Part shown: in pieces, positions 49,543 to 64,000 of the stretch | Layout: the number at the start of each line of letters is the position of its first letter | How positions within the stretch are numbered: the first letter of the stretch is position 1 | Assembly: GCF_004010195.1 (NCBI RefSeq) | Contig: NC_057718.1 | Location: 98,366,518-98,430,517 of the forward strand | Direction: 5' to 3' | Length of the DNA: 64,000 nt | DNA from: Chiloscyllium plagiosum | Lineage: Eukaryota | The notes under the pieces: model-generated | Database searches by the model: none | Told to the model about the DNA's origin: nothing | What the model saw: only the letters and a program-made list of their open reading frames with translations | Program-made: the position numbers and the translations under genes

Positions 49543-52449
49543 TTACTCCTAAACAGGAAGATTCCTTTAACTGATGATACAAATTAATATATTTAGCTGG
49601 TGATGCACAAAGTTAGATATTCCATTATCCCCCTGTGATTTCAAATTAAATAACACATTTCGATTTATGTTCCTTGTTGGAGGTTAACATAGGTCACCAT
49701 TATTATATTATTTCACCATTTTTGGCCAGTTTATCTCTTGAACGTATTAACAACGTAGCCGTGCAATATGGATTTTACAGAATCAGGGCAACAAGGCTGA
49801 CTTTGAGAGTTTCAGTTCTGAAGGGTCATCTTTTGGACCTGATTCATCAACTTTGCTTCTCTCTCTCCACAGATGCTGCCAGACCTGATGAACTTCCTCC
49901 AGCACTTTCTCCTTTGATTTCTGATCTCCAACATGTTCAGGACTTTGTTTTTAATTAAGAAAGAATAGCTGTTATGGATAGTGGAATTTGTACTTATTTT
50001 AACGATTGCTTGGCCAAAAGGCATCATCTTTGAGAAATTTACTCTTATTCCTCCAACTGAACTACACTAAATTTTTAATCTTCCTTTTCTTTCAAATTGA
50101 TTGATCGGCATTACATCCACAAACATTCAGTCCCTCCAAGACCAATGCTTAAAAGCAGTGTGTATCATCCACAAGATGCATCACAAAAATTCATCAATAA
50201 TCCTTCGACAGTACCTTCTAAACCCATGGCCATTACCAAGTAGAACAACAAGGGCAGCAGTTACATGGGAACACCACCACATGCAGGTTCCTCTCCAAGC
50301 CATTCACCACTGACTTGGAACTACATCACTGTTCCTTTAGTGTTGCTGAGTCAAATCTGGGAATTCTCTCCCTGAAGGCATTATGGGTCTATCCACAGCG
50401 CAGATTGTAGGGGCTCAAGGGTACCATTACCTTCTCAAAAGCAATTAGGAATGGACAATGAAAGTGGTCTAGCCACTGATGCCTCATTATGTTCCTGAAT
50501 GAACATAAAATAACTTTTTAGGATATTAAACATTTAAATTGTTCCATTTACACTGAAAGAACAAACACCACTTCAGTTCCCAAAAATAGGAGGAAAGCCT
50601 TGCAAAATTTGTAATATTTTGCTTAACAGTTTAGATTGCAGTGAACTCTGATTTATAGAGTCATAGAGATGTACAGCATGGAAACAGACCCGTCCATGCC
50701 GACCAGATATCCCAATCCAATCTAGTCCCACCTGCCAGCACCATATCCCTCCAAACCCTTCCTATTCATATACCCATCCAAATGCCTCTTAAATGTTGCA
50801 ATTGTTCCAGCCTCCACCACTTCCTCTGGCAGCTCATTCCATACATGTACCACCCTCTGCTTGAAAAAAGTTGCCCCTTAGGTCTCTTTTATATCTTTCC
50901 CCTCTCGCCCTAATCCTATGCCCTCTAGTTCTGGACTCGTCGACCGCCAGGGAAAAGACTTTGTCTATTTATCCTAGCCATGCCCCTCATAATTTTGTAA
51001 ACCTATAAGAAGTTTTCTGTAAAGGTAAATTCAATGATTATAAAAGCAACTGTTGTTACCCTGGCAGTAAAGTAAACTTTCTAAACAATTTGCAGCTTTG
51101 AAATTTGCTATCTTTTAGCTGATCAAGTCAAGTTAGACTGTTATGATTAACCAAGCTTCAGTGATTCAGACTAAGTGCCACAGCCCATGCTGAAACAATG
51201 CCAACATAGAAACTCAAATTTCCCCTAAGGCGTAAAGGTCACAAGCTCCTATGTTGCATGCCAGACACTGTACTGCATTTTTTGATAAGGAAAAGCTGAA
51301 CAGATCAATCTGACCCCATCCTACAATAAAGACATTGGGCCTACTCGTAGACATTAGCAACATTGATCCAAGAGAGTTTCGCTATTGGAGCTAATGTATT
51401 GGCAGCAGTGAGAACTTAACAGAGGTACATAAAATAAAAATGCTCAAAACTTAACAAACATTGCGTATTTTGGTATTTATATTTCACTATACAAAGAAAA
51501 CTAACAAATTATTAATACTATTGAAGAATACTTAGTTTTTCAGCTTCCAACCCTCAATCAAAAGTTTAATGCAGTTGATTATTTTTAATGAGATTATATC
51601 CAAACTAAACTTAATTATTGCATCATTGAATTCAAGATAACAGAAGGTAAAACATTAAAAAGTTAATGAAATAGAATTTTGATGGTTAATCTCCACATTT
51701 AAACAGGTCATTGCTATTCTCTGTAGGGTAGAATGCATAGACGAGAAAGAAATTCAGCTCATACAGCCTGACTACCACCCAGTGAGTTTCTACACTATTA
51801 AAAAATGATAATCTGGCATTCAGCTGACTTCAGTCTGCTTTAAAATCAGAGGAAACAGAACAACTCAACTCCTGCTAAGTATGGATGAAACTTTTAATGC
51901 ACAAATTATTTTAACCAGCTTTCAGATATCAGAAAAAGTGGATCTATAATGTGCAATTCAGTTAGCATAATATTTCTGCAGAACATAGGAGTCACATTTC
52001 ACAACTGGTTTGTGTGCTTTGCAATGTGAAAATGCTAATTTAGTAGCTTATGAATTTGAAGACAAAATAAATCTGCTGTGTTTCAAAAAATCATGTATGT
52101 TTCAATTTCTGTAGAAACTCCAAAACAAATTTTGAGGTGATGAACCATAGTTTTTCATAGGTTTATGAATCTAAACTATCGGCATCAATAATGTGAGGTA
52201 GTGATGTTTTATCATATACCATTCATGGAGAATTCTGGCTTTGGTAACTGAGGTTCTAATAATGTTACACAGATTTTGCTTAATTTTTATAGATGTACAT
52301 TAGCAAACCAAAGGCTGTATCTGATTTACTGAAGCTTCAGTTGAAGTTATTGCTCATAGGAATTTTGCATCTTTCACCCTAATATTTACTGAGCTGGGTT
52401 TTATATTTGGTTGGATGAGTTTTGCTTGGAGTTAGGCTGGCCACTTATA

Positions 52450-53120
52450 TCCATTGCAAACCCATCAATTCCCACAGTTACCTGGATTACACATCCTCAC
52501 ACCCCGTTTCTTGTAACGACTCCATCCTATTCTCCCAGTTTCTCCATCTCTGTTGCCTCTGTTCTGACGATGTCACTTCCACATCCAAAGGATCATAGGC
52601 CACAGTTCTCCAGTAAGATGCCATGACCAGGTTGCCTCTCCTCTCTCAGCATTTCGCAGGGACAATTTCTTCTGGGACATTCAGTCCATTCCTCCTCCAT
52701 TCCAAAAACGTCCCACATCCCATAGCACGAGAAGGTGTTACACCTCCCCATTTATCTCCTCGCTCCTCAATATCCAAGGCCCCTGACATACCTTCCAGGT
52801 TAAGCAGAGTTTAACTGCACTTCATTTAATCTAGTCTACTGTACTCGCTGTTCACAATGTGGTCTCCGCTACATTGGAGAGACAACTGCAGACTGGGTGA
52901 GTGCTTCACAGAACCCCAGCATTCTGTTAATAAAAAATGACTCTGAGTTTCTACTTGCCTGCCATTTCAACACACAGCCATATTCCCACACCAACATTTC
53001 TGGCGCAGACCTGCTGCAATGTTCCAGTGAGCCTTAAGGATAGCTGGAAGAACAGTATGGCATTTTCCGCTAGGGACCCTGTACCTCTAGGACCCAATAT
53101 AGAGTTTAATAACTTTAGGC
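52450..53120 (+). mobile_element. Penelope-like element ORF remnant (end of RT region plus GIY-YIG endonuclease)
   Basis: About 52795-52920 translates to FNCTSFNLVYCTRCSQCGLRYIGET, the PLE GIY-YIG signature (xVYxxxCxxC...YIGET). Frameshifted. Terminal-repeat-like sequence follows at 54340-54500. Confidence 0.8.
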
Positions 53121-53335
53121 CCTTGATTCCATCTTTCTATATTTTCTACCTACCCCCACAACCAGTCCTGTTATCCTGTGGGCTGCTTTCAGCACAATCA
53201 ACACAGTCTCATCCATTCTTAGACCTATCATCCCATGACATGGATTGCTATCAGCACAGCTGACATACTCTAACCTATTCTGGATTAGTGGTGCTGAAAG
53301 AGCACAGCAATTCAGGCAGCATCCAAGGAGCTTAA

Positions 53336-53371
53336 AATCGACGTTTCGGGCAAAAGCCCTTCATCAGGAAT
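53336..53371 (-). ncRNA. Minimal type I hammerhead ribozyme motif within fold-back element 53280-53490
   Basis: Minus strand reads AUUC-CUGAUGA-A-GGGC(UUUU)GCCC-GAA-ACGU-C-GAUU. Confidence 0.6.
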
Positions 53372-56300
53372 GAAGGGCTTTTGCCCGAAACGTCGATTTC
53401 GAAGCTCCTTGGATGCTGCCTGAACTGCTGTGCTCTTCCAGCACCACTAATCCAGAATCTGGTTTCCAGCATCTGCAGTCATTGTTTTTACCTCTATATT
53501 CTAACCTATTCCAAGATGGTGATGCTGGCAAAGTAGGCAATGTTCGGATTCCTGGGCTTGTGCACTCCAGACCAGTTGCTTCCACCTTCTTTCCTTACTT
53601 TTTTGTTTACTTTCCTTTTCTCCATTTTTTTTAACCTGTTGGTGATGGTGACATTGCAAAGGAGGGCAGCCGGAACGGTCTCTTGGCGAGACGGTGGCAT
53701 GACCTTGCAGTGGAGCCAGGGACTCCTGGTTGTGGTCTGCCCTGACTCTAGGCATCAGTGAGGTGGGGACTGAAGCAGTGGTAGTGTAGTGTCCTGGTTA
53801 TCGGCAAGGTGGTGGCGGCAGCAGAGTGGTGGCAGCAGAGTCAGAGTCTCCTGGTTGTGGAAGGCCGGAGTCGGGGATTCCTGGTTGCAGGGCGAGTGTT
53901 AGTCTTACACTGGACCTGGTATTGGTGGCCCATCATTGAGGGAGGCCAAGCAACAAAGAGGTGGTACCTGAAGAGTGGTGGCTCTGATGTTGAAAGGTCC
54001 AGCACAGGATGCAGAGGGATGGTGGCGCAGGGGTCATAGGTCAGCCAACTCAGGGTTCAGGACTCAAGGTGGAGGCCTGGGAATGACAACTGACTCTCTT
54101 TCAGCTACATCTTTTAATTCTTAAGCTATTCAAAATGACACTGGACTGTGGCAACGGTTGAAGCTTTTCACTGTATTTTATCGTGTAGAGTACAACTGAC
54201 AACAAATCATCATTTACTATTCTCAGCTCTCATTATCACTTATTCAGCTTCTCATCTATCCTGACCTATTATCAATAATCCCACTGTCTGCCTACCTCTT
54301 TCATATCTCTCACTCTTTGGCCTCTGTCTCCAAATATCCGCTCACCTCTCCCAACCTCGCCTTTAGCATAGATACCACCTTTTCCCAGCTGCTATCACTT
54401 CTGATGAAAAAGCATCGGACTCAAGACTTTAACTTTGCTCTTTCCCCCACAGATGCTGCCAGACCTGCTGAGCTCTGCCAGCAATTTCTGTTTTTGTTTC
54501 ACTCAACCCAAACTCATCCATTTTGGTTGAATAAAGTTGCCAATTTTTATTGATGTATATCTTATATCTTTGTACACACCAATTTTTGAGGCAAATGTTA
54601 ATTCAGTCAGTGTACAATTAATGTGAAGACCAGACTAAATTTCATTCTTATTCAGTTGCATGTTCAAGATCCAAGTGTGGGGCAGTCCAGATAGGGAGCA
54701 ACAATGTGATGACATAGCACATCAAAGCACATCATATTTCATGATGCTGCTACTCAAGAAAGCAGGGAGAATAAACAAAACATGAAACTAGATGCATGTT
54801 AGGCTGACATCAGTTGTTGGGAAAATAGTGGATTCGCTGATTAAGTCTGAACAATTCATTTTGAAAATCAACACGATCAAGAAAAGTCAACATTGCTTTA
54901 CAAAAGACAATTGCATTTGATAAATTAATTGTAGCTTGTATTTACAATCTAATTCATAGGTATATACAGGAGTACAGGTGATACCCTTTGATTTCCAAAA
55001 TACAATTGCAAAGGTAATGTGGTAATATCATAGCATAGATAGAGAATTGGTTAATAGTTAAGGAGGTAGATATAGGGACTTAGAAAGTAGCAATAGAGGA
55101 GACTTAGCCCTTCCAATTACCCAACAGATTCAAAGTTCTTATAGCTTATATGGTGGAGAAAAGGACCTAAAGGGAAAATAATCAAATGTCAGCAATGTGC
55201 AGGGACAAATCAAGTGAGAGGATTAAAAATGAAAGCAGCTGGTAGTTGGAACAGATATTAAGTAGGACAGATACCACTCACTGCAACTGAGAATGAGTCA
55301 TGAAGGTTGTGTTGCCTCCCTGGTGCCAGGGTTAAACACATCTTCTCGAGGTGGGAGGGAACCTTCGAATGAGAATGGAAGGATCCAGTTGTACTGGTCC
55401 ACATGGGTGTCAACAGCATAAAAGGCAAACTCGCCATAACCCCATTTGACCACAGGGCTGTGTTCTCATTTAACCAGAGTGTTACCACACTTCAACCAAA
55501 GGGGTGAGCTTGAGAAGGAGAGTCTTTCATGGTAACTTCAGTTGGTGTCGGAATTGAACCCACACTGTTAGCATCACTCTGCATCACAAATCAGCCATCT
55601 AGCCAACTGGGCTAACACCCCCAACAACATAGGGAGGACTAAGAAGAAGTTCTGCTGAGGGACTCTGAGTAGCTTGGGACTAAGTCAAAAAGTAGACCAA
55701 AGATTAATAGTCGCTGAATTACTATCTAAGCCGCCAGGGATCTAGCACAGGGTAAGTAAAATCAGAGAGCTGAAAATCTGGCCTAAAGATTGGAGTGGAA
55801 CAACTACAGGACAGTTTAAAAAAAAAAGATGTCGCCTATATAGGTAGGAGATAAGGAGGAATTTCCTCTCTCAGATTGTCATTAATCTTTGGAAATATTT
55901 TCCACAGAGAGCACTGGAGGCTGAATAAGTGAGACAGCTTTTACATTTACAAGTGAGCTAGGGGCTATGGGGTGGGGTGGAGTTAATGTTACAATCAAAT
56001 CAGCCATGCTTATTATTGAATGATGGAGCAGATTCAAATGGGCTGAATAGGCCTAATCTTCGAGAAAGAGAATAAGGATAAACAGGGAATTTTAAAGTTA
56101 GTAGGCTGCAATTAGTGGAATGCTGCAAACAACAGTACTGGGATTCTATGGACCTGGTCAAAATGACTGAAAGTTATGCAATTACATTTGTTGACATTAC
56201 AAGTGAACCTTCTAAATGCTGATGTTCAGAAATATTTAGCTATACCTGTTCAAATATGCAAAAAAATTAGCATGCAGGTCCAGCAAGCAATTACAAAGAC

Positions 56301-57015
56301 TGGCTTTTACTGAAAAAGAACTGGAGAATAGGAATGAGGAAGTTGTGCTGCAATTGTACAAGGAAGAGGAGATTGGATTGCAGATTGCACATCCATGGCT
56401 TTCAAAGGCAGATGTACATGTAAAAGTACAGCTGTTTTCAAATTGATAGAATTTTTGTCAATGGTTTGTCCAAAACATGACTTGTAGGATTTACATTTTC
56501 AGGATAAAGTCTGGCAGAGTTCTTTGGTGAGGTAAGGTACCCTGGTGAAGAGATAAGGGAGATGTGTCTGGAATGACCTTTGGGAGAGTAAGGAGCCTGT
56601 TGGAAGGATTCAAATGCTCTTTGGAATTGTTGAAAGAAAACATGACTGTGTATAAGTAGTAGAAATTTTTTTGGATCAGTTAAGGCATTAAAATCTAATG
56701 GGAATTTTCAAGCAGGTAAGACATTTTAACCTCCTGCATTCAATCTTTTTTAAAAAGGTCCACAGTAAAGTGCTTGCTATTTCACTCTGCCTGTTGACCC
56801 AAGTCGGATGTTTATTATTATTGGATTTGTGCTGTATGATTAATTACACCTCAATATCATTGTTGAGGTGTTCCTGTCAGTTCACAATTACATTGATAGT
56901 TTCAAGTGGTGATAAAGTCTCTGATGTTTATATAATAAATCAACTAGTTGAAGTAAATGTTTTATAAAGGATTAATCAGTTTAATCCAAGCCCACCTAAC
57001 CTACACTAGCCCACT

Positions 57016-57515
57016 NNNNNNNNNNNNNNNNNNNNNNNNNNNNNNNNNNNNNNNNNNNNNNNNNNNNNNNNNNNNNNNNNNNNNNNNNNNNNNNNNNNNN
57101 NNNNNNNNNNNNNNNNNNNNNNNNNNNNNNNNNNNNNNNNNNNNNNNNNNNNNNNNNNNNNNNNNNNNNNNNNNNNNNNNNNNNNNNNNNNNNNNNNNNN
57201 NNNNNNNNNNNNNNNNNNNNNNNNNNNNNNNNNNNNNNNNNNNNNNNNNNNNNNNNNNNNNNNNNNNNNNNNNNNNNNNNNNNNNNNNNNNNNNNNNNNN
57301 NNNNNNNNNNNNNNNNNNNNNNNNNNNNNNNNNNNNNNNNNNNNNNNNNNNNNNNNNNNNNNNNNNNNNNNNNNNNNNNNNNNNNNNNNNNNNNNNNNNN
57401 NNNNNNNNNNNNNNNNNNNNNNNNNNNNNNNNNNNNNNNNNNNNNNNNNNNNNNNNNNNNNNNNNNNNNNNNNNNNNNNNNNNNNNNNNNNNNNNNNNNN
57501 NNNNNNNNNNNNNNN
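57016..57515. other. Assembly gap
   Basis: 500-nt run of N. Confidence 1.
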
Positions 57516-58643
57516 AACTTTCAAATTTAAACCGCTAAACAAACATCACCAAGCCTTCAAGCAGCCACTGCCAAACAGCCCTTACCTGCTCCGCTGAGAG
57601 AGTGAGCAATGGGTACAGAAGCACCAGGTGCATGAGGCAACACTGCAGGGAAGTAAAATGGCATGTGCTGGCATAGGGGTTATGAGGAACCCATAGGGGA
57701 TGAATAGGACAGAAGGTGGCACCAGATGGCATGGATGAAGCATGCAGCATGTGGAAGAGATTGATGGCATGAGGATTAGATGGTTATTTTTTATGCTATT
57801 GTTTTCCTAAATACGAGTTAGAGTTGGATCAGCAAGGTGGGCCTTATATGCAGCCTGCCTCCATGCCTTGCAGCACCCGTGGCTGCCCTTGTGCTATTCC
57901 CGGCAGTGAGAGTCCAAATCCTGGTATCACTCATGCATCCTCCCACCCCAGAATCAAAAAATCAGAATACATAGAATACTCTCTTCCCATTTGGTTTGCA
58001 CAGTTGGGCATTTTCCTGACTGTGTGCGCCCAACTTGGGAGTTTGGCCCAATATTATATATTAATGCATGCTGTACATAATCATGCTTGCAATAATAAAG
58101 TTGCTGATCAGAATGAATTAATCAAAGTTTTCCATTTATATAATTTCCATATACTACTGAGTTCTGATCGAAGGTTCAAATACAAAACATCAGAGTAGTG
58201 ATTCCAGTGGGGAGCCATGCTCAAAAGGAACATCAGTCTATGACTATCAACACAAAGGTGTAACCCTATCTCTGACCAGTACTTTTTTCGAGTGGGGCTG
58301 AAAGCTTAGCATTAGTGAATCGACCCAGTTAACTCATCACTTCTTTCTGAGGTGCTAACGGCCATTTCCAATGTTTTCAATTTGCATTCCACTGATGTGG
58401 GAGTAAATCACATTATGTATAGCCTGGTCAGCATTTAATAATATCATCAATGGAAGAACTAACAGAGTCTCCTGTGGCAGACAGTCAATACTACCATTAT
58501 ACAGCAAATCACTAAGATCAGTTCCCACTAAGATTCCATTTACAGGCCTCAAACTGAATTAGCTTTTTAACAAATTATATTTGATACAAAAAGAGTTTAT
58601 GGTCTAAGAACACTTTACATTTCAATTAGGTAAGGAAGCTTCA

Positions 58644-58802
<159 letters not shown>

Positions 58803-59534
58803 CTATTTGTTAAATGAGATATCATAAAACTCATATCTCTGAAGCAGACACTACATCATTTAATAATTTACATCCTGTTTGATTACATCTTAAAATTTTG
58901 TAATTTTTTTCTACTTTTAATCCATAGTTATAATACCCATATCAGAATACAGAAAATTATTGCTATTAAGACAGACAGACAAGAAATAACCCAACCAGAA
59001 TCCAGCACTGTAATTTGGGAACTTAACATCTAGTAACAAAAAAAGTATTTATTTTGTACTGTGCAATTACAAAACAATCTTCGATCACTGAAGTCTACTT
59101 TAAATATAAGAGGCACAAATGATTATTCCCGAAGTGTATTATAGATCACCCAATTAGTCAAGAGTGTCCTTCAGAAAATGGTGTAAATTAAACGACAAGG
59201 CAGAAAAAAAAATCAACTTAGCAGCACCAACAGACAAAAAATAAAACTTAAGGATTCAGAGGGAACCCTCCAATGAAATCACTGATAAAAATGCAACTTG
59301 TTTTCCATATCGGCAACAAGTTGAAGGAAGCAACATGTGAGAGAGATGGTGCAAGACCAAGAAAGAGAATCCCATAAGATTTATTGCAGGTTTTGTTTCA
59401 AAATTGGGAATATTAAGTTTCACAGTCTGGTGATTACGTCTCAATAATCTGCAAGACTCCTTTATAATTCAATGTAAGACCATTACTTTTAATATTTGCT
59501 CCATTGACAATGATCATGTTCTGCATTTAAACTG

Positions 59535-60545
59535 ATTTTCAGACTGGAAGCCTGTGACCAGTGGTTTGCCACAAAGGCTGGTGTTGGGTCCACTGCTTTT
59601 TGTCATTTATACAAATGATTTGGATGTAAACATAGGTGGTATAGTTAGTACTTTTGCAGATGACACCAAAATTGGAGGTATCGTGCACAAAGAAGGTTAT
59701 CTCAAGAGTACAACGGAATCTTGACCAGATGGGCATATGGGGTGAGGAGTGGCAGATGGAGTTTAATTTAGGTAAATGTGAGGTACTGTATTTTGGAAAG
59801 GCAAATCAGAGCAGGATATATACACTTAATGGTAAGGTCCTGGAAAATGTTGCTGAACAAATAGACCTTGGAGTGCAGGTTCGTAGCTCTTTGAAAGTCA
59901 CAGGTAGATAGGATAATGAAGAAGGCATTGGGTATGCTTTCCTTTATTGGACAGAGCACCGAGTATAGGAGTTGGGAGGTCATGTTGCGGCTGCACAGGA
60001 CATTGCTTAGGCCAGTTTTGAAATATTGTGTGCACTTCTGGCTTCTCTCATATCAAAAGGATGTTATGAAACTTGAAAGGGTTCAGAAAAGATTTACATG
60101 GATGTTGCCAGGGTTGGAGGATGATAGCTACATGGAGGGGCTGAATTGGCTTAGGCTGTTTTTCTGGTGCATTGGAGGCTGAGGGATGACCTTATAGAGG
60201 TTTATAAAATCATGAGAGGCATGGATAGGATAAATAGACACGGTCTTTTCCCTGGGGTGGGGGAGTCCACAACTAGGGGCTTAGGTTTAGAGTGAGAGTG
60301 GAAAGATTTAAAAGGGACCTCAGGGGCAACTTTTTCACGCAGAGGATGGTGCGTGTATGGAATAAGTTGATAGAGGAAGTGATGGAGGCTGATACAATTA
60401 CAGCATTTAAAAGGCATATGAAAAGGAAGTTATGGGCTATGTGCTGGCAAACAGGACTAGATTAATTCAGGATATCTGGTCAGCATGGATGAGTTGGACC
60501 GTAGGGTCTGTTTCCGTGCTGCACATCTCCATGACTCCGACTCTA
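59535..60545 (+). mobile_element. CR1-clade LINE 3' kilobase, frameshifted
   Basis: Same RT motifs (FADDTKIGG, WQMEFNLGKCEV, LERVQKRF) and CR1 tail. Confidence 0.93.
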
Positions 60546-62789
60546 TTACCAGATAATGTAATTGTAAAGTTAAGCATTCAAAATAGGCTTCTTTGTACAG
60601 TCACTGGCCACATGTCACTACTGGCAACTTCATTAGAGATATTGTGAGCAATCGCTCTCACTAATTTCATTTGCTCTGCTATCACTTTGGGTAGAAAATG
60701 TACATGTGCAGTTCTTTTGACTCACTTCCCCCAACTACGCCATCTACCTTCCAAGTGTCTCCAATAAAGATAGACAAACCAACATTCTCACATCAATGCA
60801 CAATCTTCATCTTCAATCTTAACACACAGATTGCATCAAAGAGAACAGAACAGATGAAACAAAGGATTTAGTGTGTGTAAATTGTCAGTTTTAAAAATAA
60901 ACTGAGTTTATGCTGCCAAAGTAGAGAAACACCTAAATTTAATGTTAACACATCCCTAGCAGAATCAAGGTAAGTTACTTATGATGATTTATAAAGTTCT
61001 GGTCTTTGAACAATTAAAAGATTTAGCAAGGCACTTGGGATAAGAATTTTGTTCAAAAAGACAGGAAAATGAAAAATTTAAAAGTGTGACTAGTGGCTTA
61101 TAAATGGAAATTGAGGTCAATGAAATAGATTTATGAGTAGTAAAGAGATTAAAATTGGAGCACCAAGGGAAAGGAAAGGAAAGACAAAGAGAGACAGGAA
61201 AGAGAAAGGAAAAGAGAGGGTATAGCCAGGAAAAAGCAAGGAGGGATATGAGAGCAATTTTTTAAAAAAAAGGCAGGAAAAGAAATTTGAACTAAGCTCG
61301 AGCTGAGGAGCAGGAACCCTGTTACATCATATGAAGACGCCACTGACTCAGACATAAGGGAGGTAATTGGTATATCTAGTTAATTCGCAAGTTTTAGAAG
61401 GTATAGGCAGATGTTTTCTTTATCTCTTGAGCAGGAAGCTCAGCAGTTAAAGTAGCTTTTCAACATTAATCCCTATTACCACAGAGTAAGCTTTCGGGGA
61501 AAATGTGCAAGGTTTAATTCATTGTGCCTGAGGTAGGTGACAGTGATTACCAGTAAGTGCTCACAGCAGTTAGTGTCAGTGGCATGCTGTCAAAACCTCT
61601 GTACCTTCCAGACATACCTGGAATTTGAAAGGCTTAAGCAGTTTGCTTTTGACCAGTGGTATGGGCTCTTAACACAGCAGCCGATTATCAAAACCTTGAT
61701 GAATGAACTCTCCTTGAGGGTAAAAATTCTCTACCCTTCCTGACAGTGAGTGACTAGGTCTAACCAGGCATCCACACTAGCTGATAACTATGAGCTGACC
61801 CACAACCCTTGTATCAGAAGAAACCCTCTCCTTCTCAACCTCAACAAGCTGAAAGGACAACTGATTTGTGTGTTATGTTCCTTATTTTAGGGTTTAGCAA
61901 CTAATAAACTCACTCTTATTAATTTAACAAATTGGTCCTTTGCAAACATAAATACACTTGGCCCTGGGAGGCATCCTTTTAAACTTTGATGTGACTATTC
62001 AAAAGGTGGGTGAATAAAGAAAGGAAGCCAGTTAATCACTCCCAGCCCAAAAGCTTAACAATTTGGGGTATCCATCTGGAACAGTAACAGATTGGAGAGC
62101 GTTACCACTGACCTTGCAATGCAGCACAGAAGGAGGCTGTTCAGCCCATCATTGCTGCGTTTGTTATTTGAAGTGGCAGTCATGCTTAGTCCCAAACCCT
62201 CCCTTTAGATGCTTAACCCTGCAAGCCCATATCCTCAAGTAACCAACCCCCTTTTACACTGATTTCTGGAATCACTTTCTACCATAATTTTAGGCAAGAA
62301 CTTTACAGATCCAAGTGATTGAAATTTCTCCTCAGTTCTCCTTTAGTTGTTTTGCTAGATATTTGGAAACTTTGATCTCTGATTATTGACCCATATACAC
62401 AAGAATTACCACCTTTGGCAATCTCGTCTGTGAAACTGTCTCACCTTGTATACTGACTGGGATCAAATGGACCTCGTTGATTATGAGGTCCTTGGTTGGG
62501 GTTGTTAACCTGGGCCAGTCAGTCAGAAAAGCCTTGGCTGACCAATACAACCAGGAGATGAGATTCTCCTCAGTTTTGAGAGCTGATTCTGACTGGCTGA
62601 TCACAGCTCGTGTACTGTACATGAGTGGAAAAATAGGGTGACTTGGTGATGGACCTGGTCTCTGTGCAGCTATTTCATTTTGGGAACTTCTAGCAAGTCA
62701 TTTTTTTCGAAGGAGAACTTTCCCAACCTCCCTCCAAAGTGTACTCCTTCATTAGTGTAAACATCTTTTCTGAGATTTTAAAATATAAA

Positions 62790-63205
62790 AACAATGAGTT
62801 TTTTTTAATTCATCCACAGATGTGGGTGTCAGTAGTTATGCCAGCATTTATTGCCATCCCTACTTGTCCAGAAGGCAGTTGTGGGTCTGGAATCTCATGT
62901 AGGTCTGAAATCTCATGTAGGCCTGGAATCTCATGTAGGCCTGGAATCTCATGTAGGCCTGGAATCTCATGTAGGCCAGACCAGGTAAAGATGGCAGATT
63001 TCCCTCCTTAAAAGGACATTAGTGAACAAGATGGGTTTTTACTGACAATCAACATCTGTTTGATGGTCATAGACTCTTATTTCCAGATTATTATTGAAGT
63101 CAAATTCCACTATCTGCCGTGGTGGTATTTGAACCCAGATCCCCAGAACATTACCTGGGTCTCTGGATTAACAGTCTAGCAATAATACCACTAGGTCATC
63201 GCCAA
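62790..63205 (-). mobile_element. Deu-domain SINE (SacSINE1-like) with an internal 18-bp tandem amplification (62884-62975, five units)
   Basis: Reverse complement shows a tRNA-like head and the cactaatgtccttt-aggggaaatctgccatc core. Related copies at 2670-2880 (-), 11760-12000 (-), 13980-14300 (+) and 17870-18210 (+). Confidence 0.7.
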
Positions 63206-64000
63206 CATGCTATTTCTCCAAGTGGCTTGTTAATTTTTAAATCATTTAAGTGAATTGTTGTACCCTATTTAAGAAACTGTATGCAGGTGTATATGACTAT
63301 CACACTCTTGCTCCGTATCCATTGTCTCATTTAGAGTATATTTATCTTTCCATGTTGATGATCCCAAAAGGCACTTGCTTCACTACTGAGCTTTGCCTGC
63401 TATGCTTCATCCCTTTCACCAGCTAAGGGTTACCCTAATACTCAAAGTTATCCAAATCAATACCTAGTACTATTACCCAGTTTTCATTTCTTCTTCCATT
63501 TTTGTAATCCCTACACCGATTCTTAATCATTTACAAAAATGAGTAATCTTAATAACTTTAATATTTGAATTATCTCAAAATTTTTAAAAGCATGCCCCCC
63601 ATGGTGTATACACACCCACCCACAAATAAAATAGCCTAAGAAGTGAATATTGAGACCTGCAGAGAGAGATTTGGGGAAGGAGTGGTTAAAAACTAGATTG
63701 AAAGGACAGTATTTGAGAAGGACATTGACAGTGCAGGGAGAAGTGCAGATATATAGGAAGAGATTTGCAGAAAATGGAATTGGAGATTCTATAAACCAAT
63801 GATGGGCTGAAATAATGGAATGTATATAAAACATTAATGCCAGTGGAAAAAGGGTATGAAGCCAAAACAGATTGCTGATACAGTGGGGTAAGATGTTACA
63901 GAAAAGGAAATGTAACTTAAAACACTGACTGTAACCTTTTTCTTTCTCTAGAAAAAATCTTTTCTAGCTGAACTTTGGTGGACAATATTTATAAAGTCCA

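Noticed and set aside
56957-57542. 193-aa and 178-aa ORFs
   Set aside because: Almost entirely N-gap artefacts.

Overview
Vertebrate genomic DNA, very probably a cartilaginous fish (shark), judged from HE1-type V-SINEs, CR1/HER1 LINE tails, Deu-SINE-like copies and Penelope remnants. Gene order: the last coding exon and 3'UTR of PLCB4 (+); an intronless ANKRD63-family gene (+, 22050-23645, 531 aa); a complete six-exon LAMP5 (+, 28870-34087, 281 aa); and the last five kinase-domain exons of PAK5 (-, 41620-58802). The rest is mostly retroelement debris plus three assembly gaps. Main observations: (1) an ANKRD63 paralog between PLCB4 and LAMP5, where I recall none in human, oriented like the PLCB2-ANKRD63-PAK6 paralogon; (2) both known reading frames of the PLCB4 last exon look conserved; (3) many short Penelope-derived fold-back elements with minimal hammerhead-ribozyme cores, including a perfect 115-bp palindrome with a 10-bp flanking direct repeat in LAMP5 intron 3; (4) an inverted ~280-bp local duplicate bracketing the ANKRD63-like/LAMP5 block; (5) a Rex1/Babar copy with twin-priming geometry; (6) a 1.1-kb minisatellite just upstream of LAMP5. 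Gene identities rest on recalled vertebrate protein sequences and manual translation, not database searches. Repeat boundaries are approximate.
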